A stretch of 64,000 nucleotides of DNA, taken from positions 62,001 to 126,000 of the forward strand of contig OZ024755.1 of the NCBI GenBank assembly GCA_964016885.1, given 5' to 3'. The position numbers and the translations under genes are program-made. This document shows, piece after piece, positions 49,798-64,000 of this stretch. The notes below the pieces were generated by a model. The model was not told the origin of the DNA. It made no database searches and saw nothing but the letters and a program-made list of their open reading frames with translations. Position 1 is the first letter of the stretch. Each line of letters starts with the position of its first letter. The stretch is from Eledone cirrhosa (lineage: Eukaryota).

Positions 49798-51669
49798 ATC
49801 GATTTCTGCCAATCCACTGCCCTAAAATAATGGTTTCTGATTTAGACACAAGGCCAACAATTTGAGAGGCAGGGAAAGTCGATTAAAGCAAAGTTAACCT
49901 TGGTGTGAGTTGAACCCAGAACATAAAGGGCTGTAACTCTATGCTACAAAGCATGTTGTCCAACGCTCTACTGATACTGTCAATCCACTGCCCTAAACTA
50001 ATGATAATGATGATGATGATGATGCAATAACAAAAACACTCATGACATTTATTCTAGAAACTGAGCAGGTGGTGATAAAATAGAAACTATAACACAGCTT
50101 GTTGTCCACCTCACAGTGACATCACCTCCTTTCGATATAACATGGCATCATCACCTTACACTATAAAATAATTCTAATTAGGCTATGAAAAGGCTTCATG
50201 GAAAAATTAAAAACAGAAGTCAAACAAAAACTGTTTACTAATTATTCAATTTTGAGGATTTATCTCCTGTTTTCCTAGCAACACATCATCATCCTAACTA
50301 TCAGTTTTATATTAAAATATTCAGCAATAAATAGGCATTGTTTTTAAATTTATTATTTTTACTTAAATGAAAGAATAAAAAAAAAACACAATACACAATA
50401 CAATAAGTCATTTGAATTTATTATCGAAAAATTCAAGTAAAATTTGAATAATGTTGCACAGAATGTTTTCTTTTATGAGACAAAAGTATATGGAAGTAGG
50501 ATGTGGTTAGTAAAATGAAGTCGAGCATGAGATGATGGTAGTGATGTGGGGTTATATGGTTCTTGAAATATTCACCTTTAATCTTTAACTGGAATACAAG
50601 GGGAAGAAAAGGGATATTTTAGAGAACAGAGAGCAATAGTCCACAGGAAGAAGGATTTAATTTATTTGCTGTGGTGGAGATTAACAAAACAAAAGCAATA
50701 CTGATAAGATATACACACAAGGTGGTGGTGGGGGGTTGAAGTACATAAGGATGAGGAGGTGGAAGAATGCACTATTGTCACAGTAAAATGCACACACACA
50801 CACAAAAGGATGAAGTCATTGCATGACTGGGTGAGACTCAAATGTTGAAAGATTATTGGTAGGAAAATGACTATATTTTTTGAAATGTTGTTTATGATAT
50901 ACATGATCCAAATCAACAAAATACCACAACTCATTCACTTACCAAGTGTAGAGGATGGAACTCATCAGATCGAACCAAGGAAACAATATTTCCATTGATC
51001 TTTCCAATTGTTGATGTTATCTACTATAGTTTAAATGTAAGGTGATAGTGCTGGTGCCATGATAAAATACACCCAGTTCACCCTGTAATGAGGTAATGCT
51101 AGAGCCATGATAAAATGCTCCTAGTACACGCTGTAAAGTGCTTGGTGTTAAGAAAGGGATCCAGCTATAGAACCCAAGCCAAAAATTGTACATATGAGTA
51201 AGACATGGTCTGGCCTCAAAACATGACAACCCATCTAACCCATGCAAGTATGGGAAATAGCCTTAAACAGTGATGATGATGAGGTGGAGACTGTTAGTGT
51301 CAATCATTAGATACTATGGTTCTGAACATGAGACACACAAGGTGGTAAACAGTTCTGATATGCCATACACCATGTCACCAACAATTCAGACACATTACAA
51401 CCATGACCCAACTCAAAATGAAATTATTTGGGCTTTATTTTAACACAATCTGCTATATTGTGGAAAATGTTGTGCTACTGTTTATGAAGTTGATTTGATA
51501 TCCTTGAAGATATAATCAAAACCAAACTGAAAGTGGTGGAGGTCTACAAGGGAGGAGTTCCTCAAACAGGACTGAGAAGGTCCTGGATTGGATAGAACAT
51601 TTAAGATTTGAGATAAATGAAACCTCTTGGGTAATTAAAAAAATAATTATGATAGCATCACATATTTAC

Positions 51670-51840
51670 CTTAGTATGCGAGAAAGTTACTGTTGCACCA
51701 TCTTCCCGGTCAGGATCACAGTATTCTGGGTCTACCAAAGGGGCTACAACAATTGGTTCCAACTGACCCCAAAAAGAATATTGACAAAAGACAAAGTTCG
51801 AAAGAGCTGCTGGAAGTCCACGTGCTTCTCGAATAGATAT
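51670..51840 (-). CDS. KIF13: KIF13-like coding exon (ISIREARGLPAALSNFVFCQYSFWG...TVTFSHTK)
   Basis: AG and GTAAAT boundaries, 171 bp; GLP..LSNFVFCQY.FW motif of KIF13. Confidence 0.95.
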
Positions 51841-53425
51841 CTATAAAAGAAGAAATAGATTTAAGTAGTTCTTTGAATTTCAATAACCAGCAATAATGAA
51901 ACATGAAATAGTTAAAATAATGGTAAGCAAATGAGGTCTAGGATCTTGTTGGTTTGTTGGTTGATATATATATATATTATATATATGATTTTATTTGATA
52001 TTTTCATTATCCAATAAGTAAAATTTTGTTCTCAGATAGCCAATGTACCCTGTATATATACAGATACACCCATACATACAGATATACATCCATAAATACA
52101 TATACACTCTTACATACAGATAAACCCATACATAGAGATACACACACAAACAGAGGCACAGAAATACATATATACAGACACATATAAAAGGAATAGAACA
52201 ATAATATTGACTTATGAAGCTAGAAAAAACCTGAATTGTAGAATACAATTCCACTTCAAAATGACTGATATATAAATCTCCCCAAACAACATTTCTGCTG
52301 ATTCTGTAACTAGATGCTTCTTGTGTTAGGTGTAGCTAAAACAGGTAACCAATAGAAGATAGAGAATACTCTATTGATTCTAAATTTTATATTCTATTGT
52401 ATATATTTACAAACAAGAAGAGAGGAAAAGTAGACAAAAAAGGAGAGAATGGTGGAGTGAAATAGAGAAGGAGCGAACTCTACCCCCTAGGCTGGGCAGT
52501 ATATGTCAGCAACTCCCCACAGTCAAGATAGTTAAAGTATTGGCAAGGAGAACAGCCACCACCACTAGATCAGCCATACCACCTCACAGGACTCCTTCCT
52601 CAGAAGATATACCCTCTTCCAGACTTTGTGGGAGAGATATCCTCCTCCAGATCTTGGGGAGTAATATGGAAGTCCAGGGACAATGGAGGCAACTAGCACA
52701 AAAAGTAAATGGCTGGTTAAAGCCCCAATATTTTCCTTAAACAACCTCTACAGCCAACAAACTGTCATCTGCATCATTTTCCTCTTTTAGTTGTGTCAAG
52801 GACATGACAACCTCCCTAAGTGCTGGTGATCTACACAATAAAAGCACCCAATATATGCTGTAAAGTGGTTGGTGTTAGGAAGGACATCCAGCCATAGAAA
52901 GCTTGCCAAACAAAAGGTTAGGAGGACCCTTCAGTTTGTGTCAAAAGACACAACTTCTCCTCTGCTATCGATATGACCACCTGTAAGCAGGATAGAGATC
53001 CCTTGGCCTGTCTGGGATGTCAATAACTCCTCTTCAGTACTGACTTGGTCTACGTAGACCCATCCAACCCCTGCTAGCAGGGAAAATGGATGTTAGATGA
53101 TGATGATGATCTGTAAGTGGCATCTTCAGCCAAGACACTGAAATGTTATAAATGAAAAAAGCTAGTAACACAACAATTTCACATGTAAGTTGCCTAGGAA
53201 ACATTAACACCAGACTATCAGTGGTGTTAGCTGAATTAGACAAATGTATTTGTCAAATATTTAGATAATGTAATCTTTTAGAAAACACTCAAGCGCTTAC
53301 TTGAAAAATTGCTGTAGCAAAAAAGTGTATGTATAAATATCATCACCAGCTTTCTGCTATTTTCCATACTTGTATATGTATATATATATATGTGTGTATG
53401 ATAATATATATATCATCAACATCAT

Positions 53426-53491
<66 letters not shown>

Positions 53492-53725
53492 TACCCACAT
53501 GAAGTTATTTATTTTACTCATTAACGTATATGTACACTCTGAGTAATGGGTTTGTATTTTTAATAATATAAACATAATTACATCATTGAGTGAGTAAGGA
53601 AACAGCCAAAACTGTACCGATTCTCTTCGACTAGACCTGTAAACCTATATATACATATATATATATATATAGGTTTACAAGTCTATATATATATAAGTGG
53701 TTACACAACAGTTAGTTCACCATAC

Positions 53726-53763
53726 CGAGAACAATTGTTTCACCTTAGCGGATCTTCAGCTCG
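53726..53763 (-). ncRNA. Minimal type I hammerhead ribozyme motif within a 43-bp inverted-repeat element
   Basis: cgag-CTGAAGA-tcc(gctaa)ggt-GAAA-caattg-TT-ctcg. Confidence 0.7.
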
Positions 53764-54668
53764 TAATGGACATGGTTATAGGAACAGGAAGGACAACCGT
53801 ACGAACGCGCATGCGCAGAAACCGGTCACTTCACACAGGCAATTGTTCTCGGTATGGTGAACTAACTGTTGTGTAACCACTTCTACCTAACTCGTCCCAT
53901 GGACTGAGTGCTCTACCACTACGGATATTAGCTTCCTGTGTTCTACCACTATATATATATTAATATAAAAACATACACAGTACCTTACTTGTACTTATTT
54001 TCATTGACCCCCAAAAACGAAAGGCAAAGTTGACCAAGGTGAAAATTAAGAATGTAAAGAGCCATAACTAAGTGCCGCAAAACATATGTCTCACAATGAT
54101 GATGATGATAATTATTATTTCTGTTATTGGTTCCAAGGGCCCTATACAAACAGTGTGGTTTACATTAAGTAACGGAAAACACAAAACACATAGAAATAAC
54201 AATAATAGAAATAATAATGATAAAGATAATGATGAAAGGAAAGGAAGGCAGCCCTATTTAGATGTACCAGATAAATCCAGGTAATAAAATGCTTTTTTTT
54301 TTATAATGGGAGAGAGAGAGAAACATGTAAAGACAAACAAACAAACAATACTAGTTACCATTGACAACTAGCATCTTGAAGCAGCTATTAAAATAAGCTG
54401 TCATTTAGCCTAACATTTTTTTTATTAAAAAAAATCAAAACTGAAAAGGAAGAGCCAGAAGTAATGTCTTTTATGAAAATAACTTCCAATATTTTATAGT
54501 TATTTTGTAGCCTCATTATATTATGTTGGTTATATCTTAACCAATAATACATATTTAGAGAAATGAGAGAGAGAGAGAGAGAGAGATAGAGGGAGGAGAG
54601 ACTAGGGAGGGAGATAGTAAGAGAAAGAGAGATAGAGAAAAGGGAGAGGAAACAACATTATTGATTTT

Positions 54669-54740
<72 letters not shown>

Positions 54741-54803
54741 CCTTCTTTTGTTATGTTAGTTCACATTAAAACATTGTAAAGCTAATCCAAGCCATCACAT
54801 TTT

Positions 54804-54901
<98 letters not shown>

Positions 54902-56305
54902 CTATTATATTTTCATGGTAAATTACTTATTTCACATAATTATCTCACGCAATATCGAATCTATGAAATTTTGATACTATTTATTTTGAGAACATTACTT
55001 TAACATCAGTATGAGTGGCCAGTTACAGCAGTTTGAACAGAAAGAGGTGAGAGAATTCTAATGGGATATGGCCAGTTTAAATACTAAAGGGTTAAACTAC
55101 AGCCTTGGATTGACCAATGCCGTATGAGTAAAATTTGGTACATGGAAACTGTATGGAAGTTTGTGTGTGTGTGTGTGTATACATATGCTAATATAAATTA
55201 ACATTTCATTATTTTAACTGATTATAGAAAAGTTAGTAGTGACTTCAAAGTTTCAGTTTGGTCATTTCACATGGCAGTCAGATGAAGTGACTAAACTGAA
55301 ACTTCGAAGTCTTTGTCTCTTTTCTATTTAAAAAATAAAACAAATGCCACAATGCATCTCATCTGACATTAACAATTCTGCCATTCCACAGACTAGTACT
55401 TTATTTTAATAACCCTATCAAGTTGATCATGGTGGAATATGAACTTAGAGCACATGGAGCTGGAACAAATACTGCAAAATATTCTATCTAATATTAACAA
55501 AACTGTCAGGGAGGTATAGAATTGGTCAGACTAGAAACTAAACATGGAACATGTTTCTTATCTCCTCACAACATTGGTGGTACATTTCCTGTTCACTGAG
55601 CTGTAACATGCAATTTTAATCTGTAAACTGCTTTAAGATAAACCTCATCATTGTAAAAATGAATAAATACATATAGAAATATAGTTGCAATAAAAATATG
55701 TTCAATATAGAAACACTCATTATATGTTTTTCGATATGGTGAAAGATTTTGTCAAAGCAATCACTGACAGCAAGAATAAATTTTCTTCTTCGGATTACTG
55801 AACAGCAACGGCAAGGAGAGAGAGACAAATATATGTACATACACATATCAATATACACACATACATGCACAGGCACACACACACACACACATATATATAG
55901 CGAGAGAGAGAAGAGTGAGGGGGGGGGGGGGGGGGGGCAGGACCAGCAATGAAACGCGATATTACACAAAATATTAATACTGAGGAAAAGTTCCCCCAAC
56001 CATTATTATAGCAGCTGTAGTTGCTGTAGCAGTGGAAGTGAATGAGAAGTTCAGCCACAGTGTTATACTACTTGTACAAATACAACTTTAATCCTACATT
56101 GAAATATATAATTTTCTCATATAAGAATAAATAATAAAGAATGTTACCAAGTGTCTCAGTTCTACGACAAATTTCATATTGAATTTATAGATGGAAAAGT
56201 AATATATCAGAATTGCTATGACAAATATATATACATACATATATATATACATATATATATATATATGTATATACATATATATATATATACATATATATAT
56301 ACATA

Positions 56306-56946
<641 letters not shown>

Positions 56947-56948
56947 TA

Positions 56949-57278
56949 GAGGCATATGGCTTAGTGGTTAGAGCATTGGCCTTGCAATCGAACGAAAGGT
57001 TGTGAGTTCAATTCTCAGACTGGGTGATGTGTTGTTTCCTTGAGCAAGACACTTTATTTCACATTGTTCCAGTTTTCTCAGCTGTAGAAATGAGATGATA
57101 GAGACTGGGGTCCATATCATTCCACTGCAAAGTGGTCGTGGAGGTGCCATGGCAAAAAAGCACCAAGCACTCACTGTAAATGAGGTGGGTGTTAGGAAGG
57201 GCATCCAGCTAGAATCAGTTCCCGTCCCACCCTTGCAAGCAGGGAAAAAGCGGACATAAAATGGAATGAATGAAATGA
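56949..57278 (+). mobile_element. tRNA-derived SINE family 1
   Basis: Head-core-tail structure. Confidence 0.88.
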
Positions 57279-57827
57279 ATACATATATATATATGGCTGC
57301 CAACTCGTTTTCGAGTACGGCCACTACTTTATATCCATGTAGGAGAACCCCTACTGATGCGCTGAAAAAGCCTGACTTTTTAGTCCAGCCAGCGACTTGA
57401 AAACTCTGGTACAAACACTACACTTGTGACAATTATTGACATATAGTGTTGGGCCCATGGTACCATGTAACGACAAGTGCAGAGAGATCTCCAGATATAA
57501 AGCAATGCCTGTGCCGTGAAGCTTTTATAGTGAGAAAGGCACTGCACAAAGCCAGTCCCACTCTCTTAACCAAGATGATATTTACCAAAAAGAATAACAA
57601 GTCAATATCATTGGATACCATCAGGGTTGCAGGTGTTCTATCAGAGTTTTCCTTCTCCTAGAATTCTGCCTTGACAAAGGCTAAGGGGTCATCTCTCCCG
57701 GTGATTTTGGATGGCCATTGACTCTTAAGAGCTCCTTTGCCCTTTGACATATATACATATATGTATATATACATATATACATATACATATATATATACAT
57801 ATATATATATACATATATATATATGCC

Positions 57828-57858
<31 letters not shown>

Positions 57859-57904
57859 AGGAAAAGCGAAGTAGTTTCAGATGTTCAAGTCTTTTAATAA
57901 TAAT

Positions 57905-57978
57905 GCTGTGATATATATTTCAATGGCGACAGTGGTCACACTGTTCTGTGTGCCAGTGTCGCGACATCGTCAGACAGC
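57905..57978 (-). ncRNA. Type I hammerhead ribozyme motif with extended stem II
   Basis: gctgt-CTGACGA-(long hairpin gcgacactggcacac/gtgtgaccactgtcgc)-GAAA-tatata-TC-acagc; AUC site; ATTAAA just downstream. Confidence 0.78.
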
Positions 57979-59239
57979 TTGTTACATAATAAGGTTATGT
58001 TTCCGAGGCAATCCAAATTGAATCGACATGGGAACAAACGTAGTGTGTGCTTTTGGGTTCTTCATCCGTTCCCCTGTGAGTACCAATTCACCCCCACCGG
58101 TCTGCGCAGGTGCAGGTCCGAAGGAAGTTGACCATTAGCTACCGTAGATTTCAACGAAATTCGCTTAGTCAGTTCCCCCTCTCAGCCAAACAATGACCTA
58201 TTCAGGCCTGTACCATAGTTTGCTACTACCGATCCCGTCTGTGGCAGTCAGCCGAAAGCCAGAGGGGATGGGAGAGTGTTAGTATTTACAGGTCTCAATA
58301 CTACCTCTCACCAAGCATGAACAGTACAACTGACCATCAACCCCTAAGAGAAAATATAGTTAATTCTAGGTATCATGGTTTCACATTGGAAGTTATGAGT
58401 GAGAGTTGGAAATAAAAATAAAAATTTAAAATCGAAAATCCTAAATCAAATATCAAAAATTATAAATAAAAAAATAAAAAAATTAACAATTAGAAATTAA
58501 AAAATTTTTCAAGTGAGAATCCGGATTGAGGTGAGTAAAAAAAAATATATAGATTGAAGTGAGTAAATAATATGCAGAGAGATGTTTAAGTAAGAAATTC
58601 TGAAAGGGGTACTAATGTCACAGTTACACTATCCACATAGTGAACGATAGTACCATACAGTAGAACGGAGGGTAAACTACAGGTTGAAAGGCAGTAGTCA
58701 ATCAGGTACATAGTCATAATTTCCATCACATGGAACAAGACCACAAAAAACAGATATAAAGAACACAAAAGAAAAGAACCAATAATGAATAAATGCAAAA
58801 ACACAGAGTACATAAATGCAAAATGATCCATATGATTGTCAATTTGTCCATGTATAGATTGAATTGAGGGGGCTTCTGTTCAAATGTGATTTGGTGCATT
58901 ATATATATATATATACATATATAAATATCGAAAGGAGTGTAACTTGGAGTTAATGCAGGTTCACCCGGTTGAGCACTTGATGTTTAGGTTCACTTCTGTG
59001 TTGACATGTAGAGCTATACAGAGTCTAATATATTAAAAGGATAACAAGGACGATTGGTTACTCCTTCATTACATTTATTGGTAGGTGACGATGTTTCGCC
59101 ACTGATCAGCTCAAGGTTCGATATATGATGGCTGCCTCCTCGTCATCGAGTATGGCCATTACACGAAAAAAAACAACAACAACAACAATAATAATAATAA
59201 TATACATATATATATACACACACACGATAGCAATTAACA

Positions 59240-60763
59240 GCGCTGCGATCGAATGTGGCTTTTTAGCCCAGCCAATGATCTAAAATGTCTTGCACAGAGT
59301 TGGCACCCAAATCAGTCACTGGCAATAGCCGGCTGTGGCTGGAGTTGATGTACTTTTGCTGTCGTTTGAGCCCTCCTGCTGATTTACATTCTCTACCACA
59401 TGCTTGGCAAGCATGATGAGTAGCATCTCCAACAGCAGCCTGGTAGTCAACCACTGGTCTTACTTTATGACTGCGAAGATTACTTTCGAGTCCAGCTTTG
59501 CTTAGGCAGAGTCTCGCACAGACGCTGCATCTCAGTGCCATAGGAGGACCTTCGCCGTCTGGAAGTGCAACAGCAATGCCCTTCCTCACATCCCGCTTTA
59601 CTTTTTCGCATGCAATTTGAGATGCCTCAAAGGCAACTTTCCCCTCATATAGTCTTTCTCCATTTATTACGATCAGCAGCAACATTTTCCCATGTATCAG
59701 CAGAGATGCTAGCGTCTTTCAAAGAGGCTTTCAACAAATCCTTATACCTCTTTTTTGGTTTATGTGGTGGTCGTTTTCCTTTAACTAACTCTCCATAAAA
59801 GAGTTGTTATTCTAGAATCCTTCATCCTGGCAAGGTGACCACTCCAACTGAGTCATTGCTTAAGCACACTGTCACACAGAGAGCTTTCCAAAATCTTGAC
59901 ATCACTGATGTGGTCCCTCCAGTGAACGCCATGGATCCATCTGAGACACATCTGATGGAAACGCTCCAATTGCTTAAGGTGGTGTCGATATGTGACCCAG
60001 GTCTCGCAGGCATAAAGAAGAGAAGAGAGCACACATGCCTTGTAGACCTTTGCCTTTGTCTTCTTGCATATGTCTCGCCGACCCCAGAGTCGCCTTTCTA
60101 GCTTTCCGAAAGCATCAGTGGCTTTCCTAATCCTGAGTGGAATTTCATTATCAAGGTTGTTGTATCGATTGACAGTTCTTCCCAGGTAGACAAACTGATC
60201 AACCACTCCAAGTCGTTTACCATACACATAGATATTTGGTTCAGTGTACTGCTTACCAGGGGCAGGATGGTACATGAAGACGGTTTTCTTGAGACTGACA
60301 GTCAATCCTAGGGCAGTGCAAGCATCAGAAAATGCATTCAAAATGTGCTGCATATCACTCTCTGTGTGCGCTACAAGATCGCAATCATCTGCATACAAGA
60401 GGTCTCTTATGACTGATGTAAATACTTTTGTTTTTGCTGCAAAGCGCCTGATGTTAAAAATGCTGCCTGAGGTTCGATATCGGATGTAAACACCATGCTC
60501 GCAATTCCTGAATGCAATATAGAAAACCATTGCAAAGTATATGGCAAGTAAGGTCGGTGCTGGAATATCCCCCTGTTTCATTCCATTTTTTACTGAGATA
60601 GGCTCCGACATGTTACCTTCGACATTAATCCAAGCCTTCATGTCATCATGGAAAGACCTAACTAAAGCAAGGAACTTATCAGGGCAACCAAGTTTCTGGA
60701 GAACCTTCCATAATGCATTTCTGTTAACAGTATCGAAAGCTTTTGTCAGATCGACAAAAACCT
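59240..60763 (-). mobile_element. RTE-BovB-like LINE, 5'-truncated, with C-terminal C2H2-like fingers
   Basis: [41 protein letters not shown]; CSVC...GL.S..RSH. Confidence 0.92.
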
Positions 60764-60841
60764 GATACATATATATATATATATACATATACAAACATAC
60801 ACATATATAAATATACACACATATATATATACACACACACA

Positions 60842-60881
<40 letters not shown>

Positions 60882-60927
60882 CACATACATCATCATTGTT
60901 TAACAGCCATCTTACTCATACACACAC

Positions 60928-60980
<53 letters not shown>

Positions 60981-61149
60981 CATATATATATATGTAAACA
61001 GACAAGTCAAATAGATAATATTTTTGTTTTGTAGCACATCATTTTTACAATTTGATAAATAATTTAATTTACAAATGTTCACTACTTAAGTATACAAGCA
61101 GACTGGAAATAGAAAAAGAGAGATAAGGAAATCAGGTTGATATACATAC

Positions 61150-61320
61150 TCGAACATAGAGTGGTGCTCCAATAGCTAAATTGCTGTCGTCATCAAAAGA
61201 ATCAAATGGTAAAGAAGACCGTTTTGGTTCATAGTCGCTTCCCTCGGAACTAACATCTGAATACTTGTCAATAAGTGAACCACCTAGTTTTGAGATCTCA
61301 ACATGGAGCTTTCCAGCAAT
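61150..61320 (-). CDS. KIF13: KIF13-like coding exon (IAGKLHVEISKLGG...LAIGAPLYVR)
   Basis: AG and GTATGT boundaries, 171 bp, phase 0-0; continues the QQGE-IAGKLHVE motif. Confidence 0.93.
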
Positions 61321-62026
61321 CTAGAATATGGAAAAAATGTTTGAATGGTTTATTATGGTATATAAATTTACACATTTAACAATGTTTATCTCTAATATGC
61401 AATTACTTCATAGAAATATCATTTTTAGTCATTCAGAAACACCACAATTGAATGGAGATATTATAGAGTAGAGAGGATTCTTCAGTCTTGCTGATGAATA
61501 AGACAACCTCTTAATGCTGGTGCTATGATAAAATGCACCCACTACACTCTGTAAAGTTTTAGTACAGTTACCACAATAATATACATCTAATACAATATAT
61601 AACTAGTACGGTCTGTAAAGTAGTAGTACTAGCACTATGATACTCCGTAAAATGGTAGTGTTGGTGCTATGATAAAATGGACCCAATACACTCAGTAAAT
61701 TGGTTGGTGTTAGGAAGGACATCCAGCTGTATAAACCATGTCAAAATATAGGATGTATGAACAAGATGTCGTTATTTGCCATGTCTCATCATAGAACATG
61801 TTGACCTGTCCAACTCATGCCAGTCTGAAAAATGGTCAGAAAAGGATGATGATTATACCAACTGTGATCTAATCTTAAAGCACATTGGCCTTCTGTCTTT
61901 AATCTATAATAGATTTTAACTAGCTATACATAAAAATGTGTGTGTGACTGTAAGTTTGTATGTATGTATGAGCAGGGACATGGAAATGGTTTCATGTCTG
62001 AGACAGAAGCAAAGAAAAGCTAATAC

Positions 62027-62170
62027 CTCTCCTTGTTGACTAATAATGGGAACATGATAGTCTAATTTAACATCATAGAAAAGGCATTCCAGGAAGACAT
62101 TTGCAACACCAATCAGGTTGTGGTTTTCTTGGGATTCATAAAATGGATCACCTTTAGGAGCAGTTCCATC
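62027..62170 (-). CDS. KIF13: Kinesin-3 KIF13-like coding exon (DGTAPKGDPFYESQENHNLIGVANVFLECLFYDVKLDYHVPIISQQGE)
   Basis: AG acceptor at 62171-62172, GTATTA donor, 144 bp, phase 0-0; DPFYESQENHNLIGVANVFL motif typical of KIF13/Khc-73. Confidence 0.95.
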
Positions 62171-62760
62171 CTACAAAAACAGAAATTAGCACATTTATTC
62201 AATAATAATAATAACAACAATGGTTTCTGATTTAGGGTCAAGGCCAACAATTTTGGGGGAGGGAAAAGTTAAATAAATCAACTCCAGTGTGTTACTGGTG
62301 GTTTACTTTATAGATCCTGTAAAGTTAGCTTTAGTTCAACTAAAATAGATGGTTTCATGTATATGTCTCTTGGGACATTAGAATTGTCTTGTCCAGGCTA
62401 AATGCCTTACAAGATGCAGAGAAATATATAGAATCGCTGACAATTTGTGTATCTTCAGCAGTATGTATAACTAAGTTACAATCATCTGTTTAGTGGAGAT
62501 CATGAATAAGAGATTGAAAGATCTCTAGTGACACAAACAAACACATAAGGTGTTTATATCTGTGTATACATAGAGTATAGGCTAAAAATATATATATTTT
62601 GTATTACTGTATAGTAATAAAACACTTAACACAGCAGTGATTTTTATACCCATATATGTATAAAACATATATATAAATATATGCATACACACACACACAT
62701 ATATGTGTATGTAAATACACATACAGACACACACACACATATATTATATATATATACACA

Positions 62761-62824
<64 letters not shown>

Positions 62825-64000
62825 CATACACACAGATAAATATATGCACATCAGCACACACACACCCATATATATATATGTTGTACACACACACACACAT
62901 ATATATATGTTGCACACACACACAAACACACATATTGATATATTTCCATTAAAAGTTAGTTCTATAAATTAAGCTCCTTAACGTTTCAATAAAACACAAT
63001 TACTAATGAATAAATATACAAAAATACCAAAATAAATAAATAAACCAACAAGTAATAAAACATTTTAGTCAATGTATCTATAATATATAATTCTCTCTCT
63101 CTCTTATATATATATATATATATATATATACCCACTTTCACCTTATTTATTTGTTCCAGCCAATGGGCTGAGGTCATGCTGGGGCACTGCTATTGTATAT
63201 ATAAAATAACAATAGCAATAATTGTAATAATAATAATGATTTCATTTATTAGCCACAAGGGCCGAATGTATTGGCAATAGTAATAATAATAATGAATGAT
63301 AGTAAGTACTACTTGGCATGGCATACATATCATGAAGAATACTCTCAATATACTAAAAACAATAGCAAAACAACACTGCACATACCCAAGGAACACAGAG
63401 CTGCGCTCAGTAATTCAGTGACAACATGCCATAAAAATAAGACTAATAATAACAACAACAATCAATATTAATAATAAATTAACAATAACAACAACAATAA
63501 TAAATAATAATAATTGTTTCTACTTTTGGCACAAGGCCAGCAATTATCCCAGTGTATTACTGGTACTTTATTTTATCGACCCCGTAAGGAATAATAATGA
63601 TTCTAGAAAATTCTAGTGCAATGCAAAAATTTTCCAAAGTAAACTTGAGTTTTGTATTGCAGAGAGAAGGTGAAAGGTGTTCTTCAATGGACCTTGCTGT
63701 ATTCTTTGACAATAGGAATTCAGGACAGTTCAATGAATAGAGATACTATTTAGAAACTGAACAGTTCTTCACATTGCCATGGTAACAAATAGACAAAGAA
63801 TTTATTGGAATATCAAAGTAGGAATAAAAGAACTGCCTATTACAAAATTTCCAAGCTCCCTCCTACTCACCAACCTACCAACCTTTTCTGATACTCCCTC
63901 CCACACACCCCAACTCCATCATCAGCTCTCTAGCATATTTCAAACATTGGCAATAGAAAAGAACCCCAAAATAAGCACACACACACACACACACACATTT

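Noticed and set aside
54357-54660. Possible internal first exon (CT-rich tract, ATG|GTAACT in phase with exon 51840)
   Set aside because: Only a splice-like motif plus a microsatellite; an out-of-frame upstream ATG is present and nothing else supports it
57354-57410. CTGATGC...GAAACTCTGGTA hammerhead-like string
   Set aside because: Core mutated and no convincing stem I

Overview
AT-rich, microsatellite-laden eukaryotic genomic DNA. The RTE LINE and tRNA-SINE repertoire with (GAT)n tails suggests an octopus/coleoid cephalopod (inference). The whole window lies inside one minus-strand kinesin-3 gene (KIF13A/B / Khc-73-like). I traced 16 coding exons with GT-AG boundaries and consistent phases from 62170 down to 6806, encoding the stalk/MAGUK-binding-stalk region; the motor domain and C-terminus lie outside the window. 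Introns hold 5'-truncated RTE LINEs, two SINE families, a deleted pogo (POGK-like) transposon, a mariner-type MITE and many (TA)n tracts. The most notable signal is invisible in the ORF track: about a dozen minimal type I hammerhead-ribozyme motifs (stem I-CUGANGA-stem II-GAAA-palindromic stem III-NUH-stem I') from several unrelated sequence families, many sitting in long foldback palindromes (Penelope-like/retrozyme-like) and several in sense with the kinesin pre-mRNA. The 3' part of the gene also has candidate structure-regulated alternative exons. All coordinates were read by eye.
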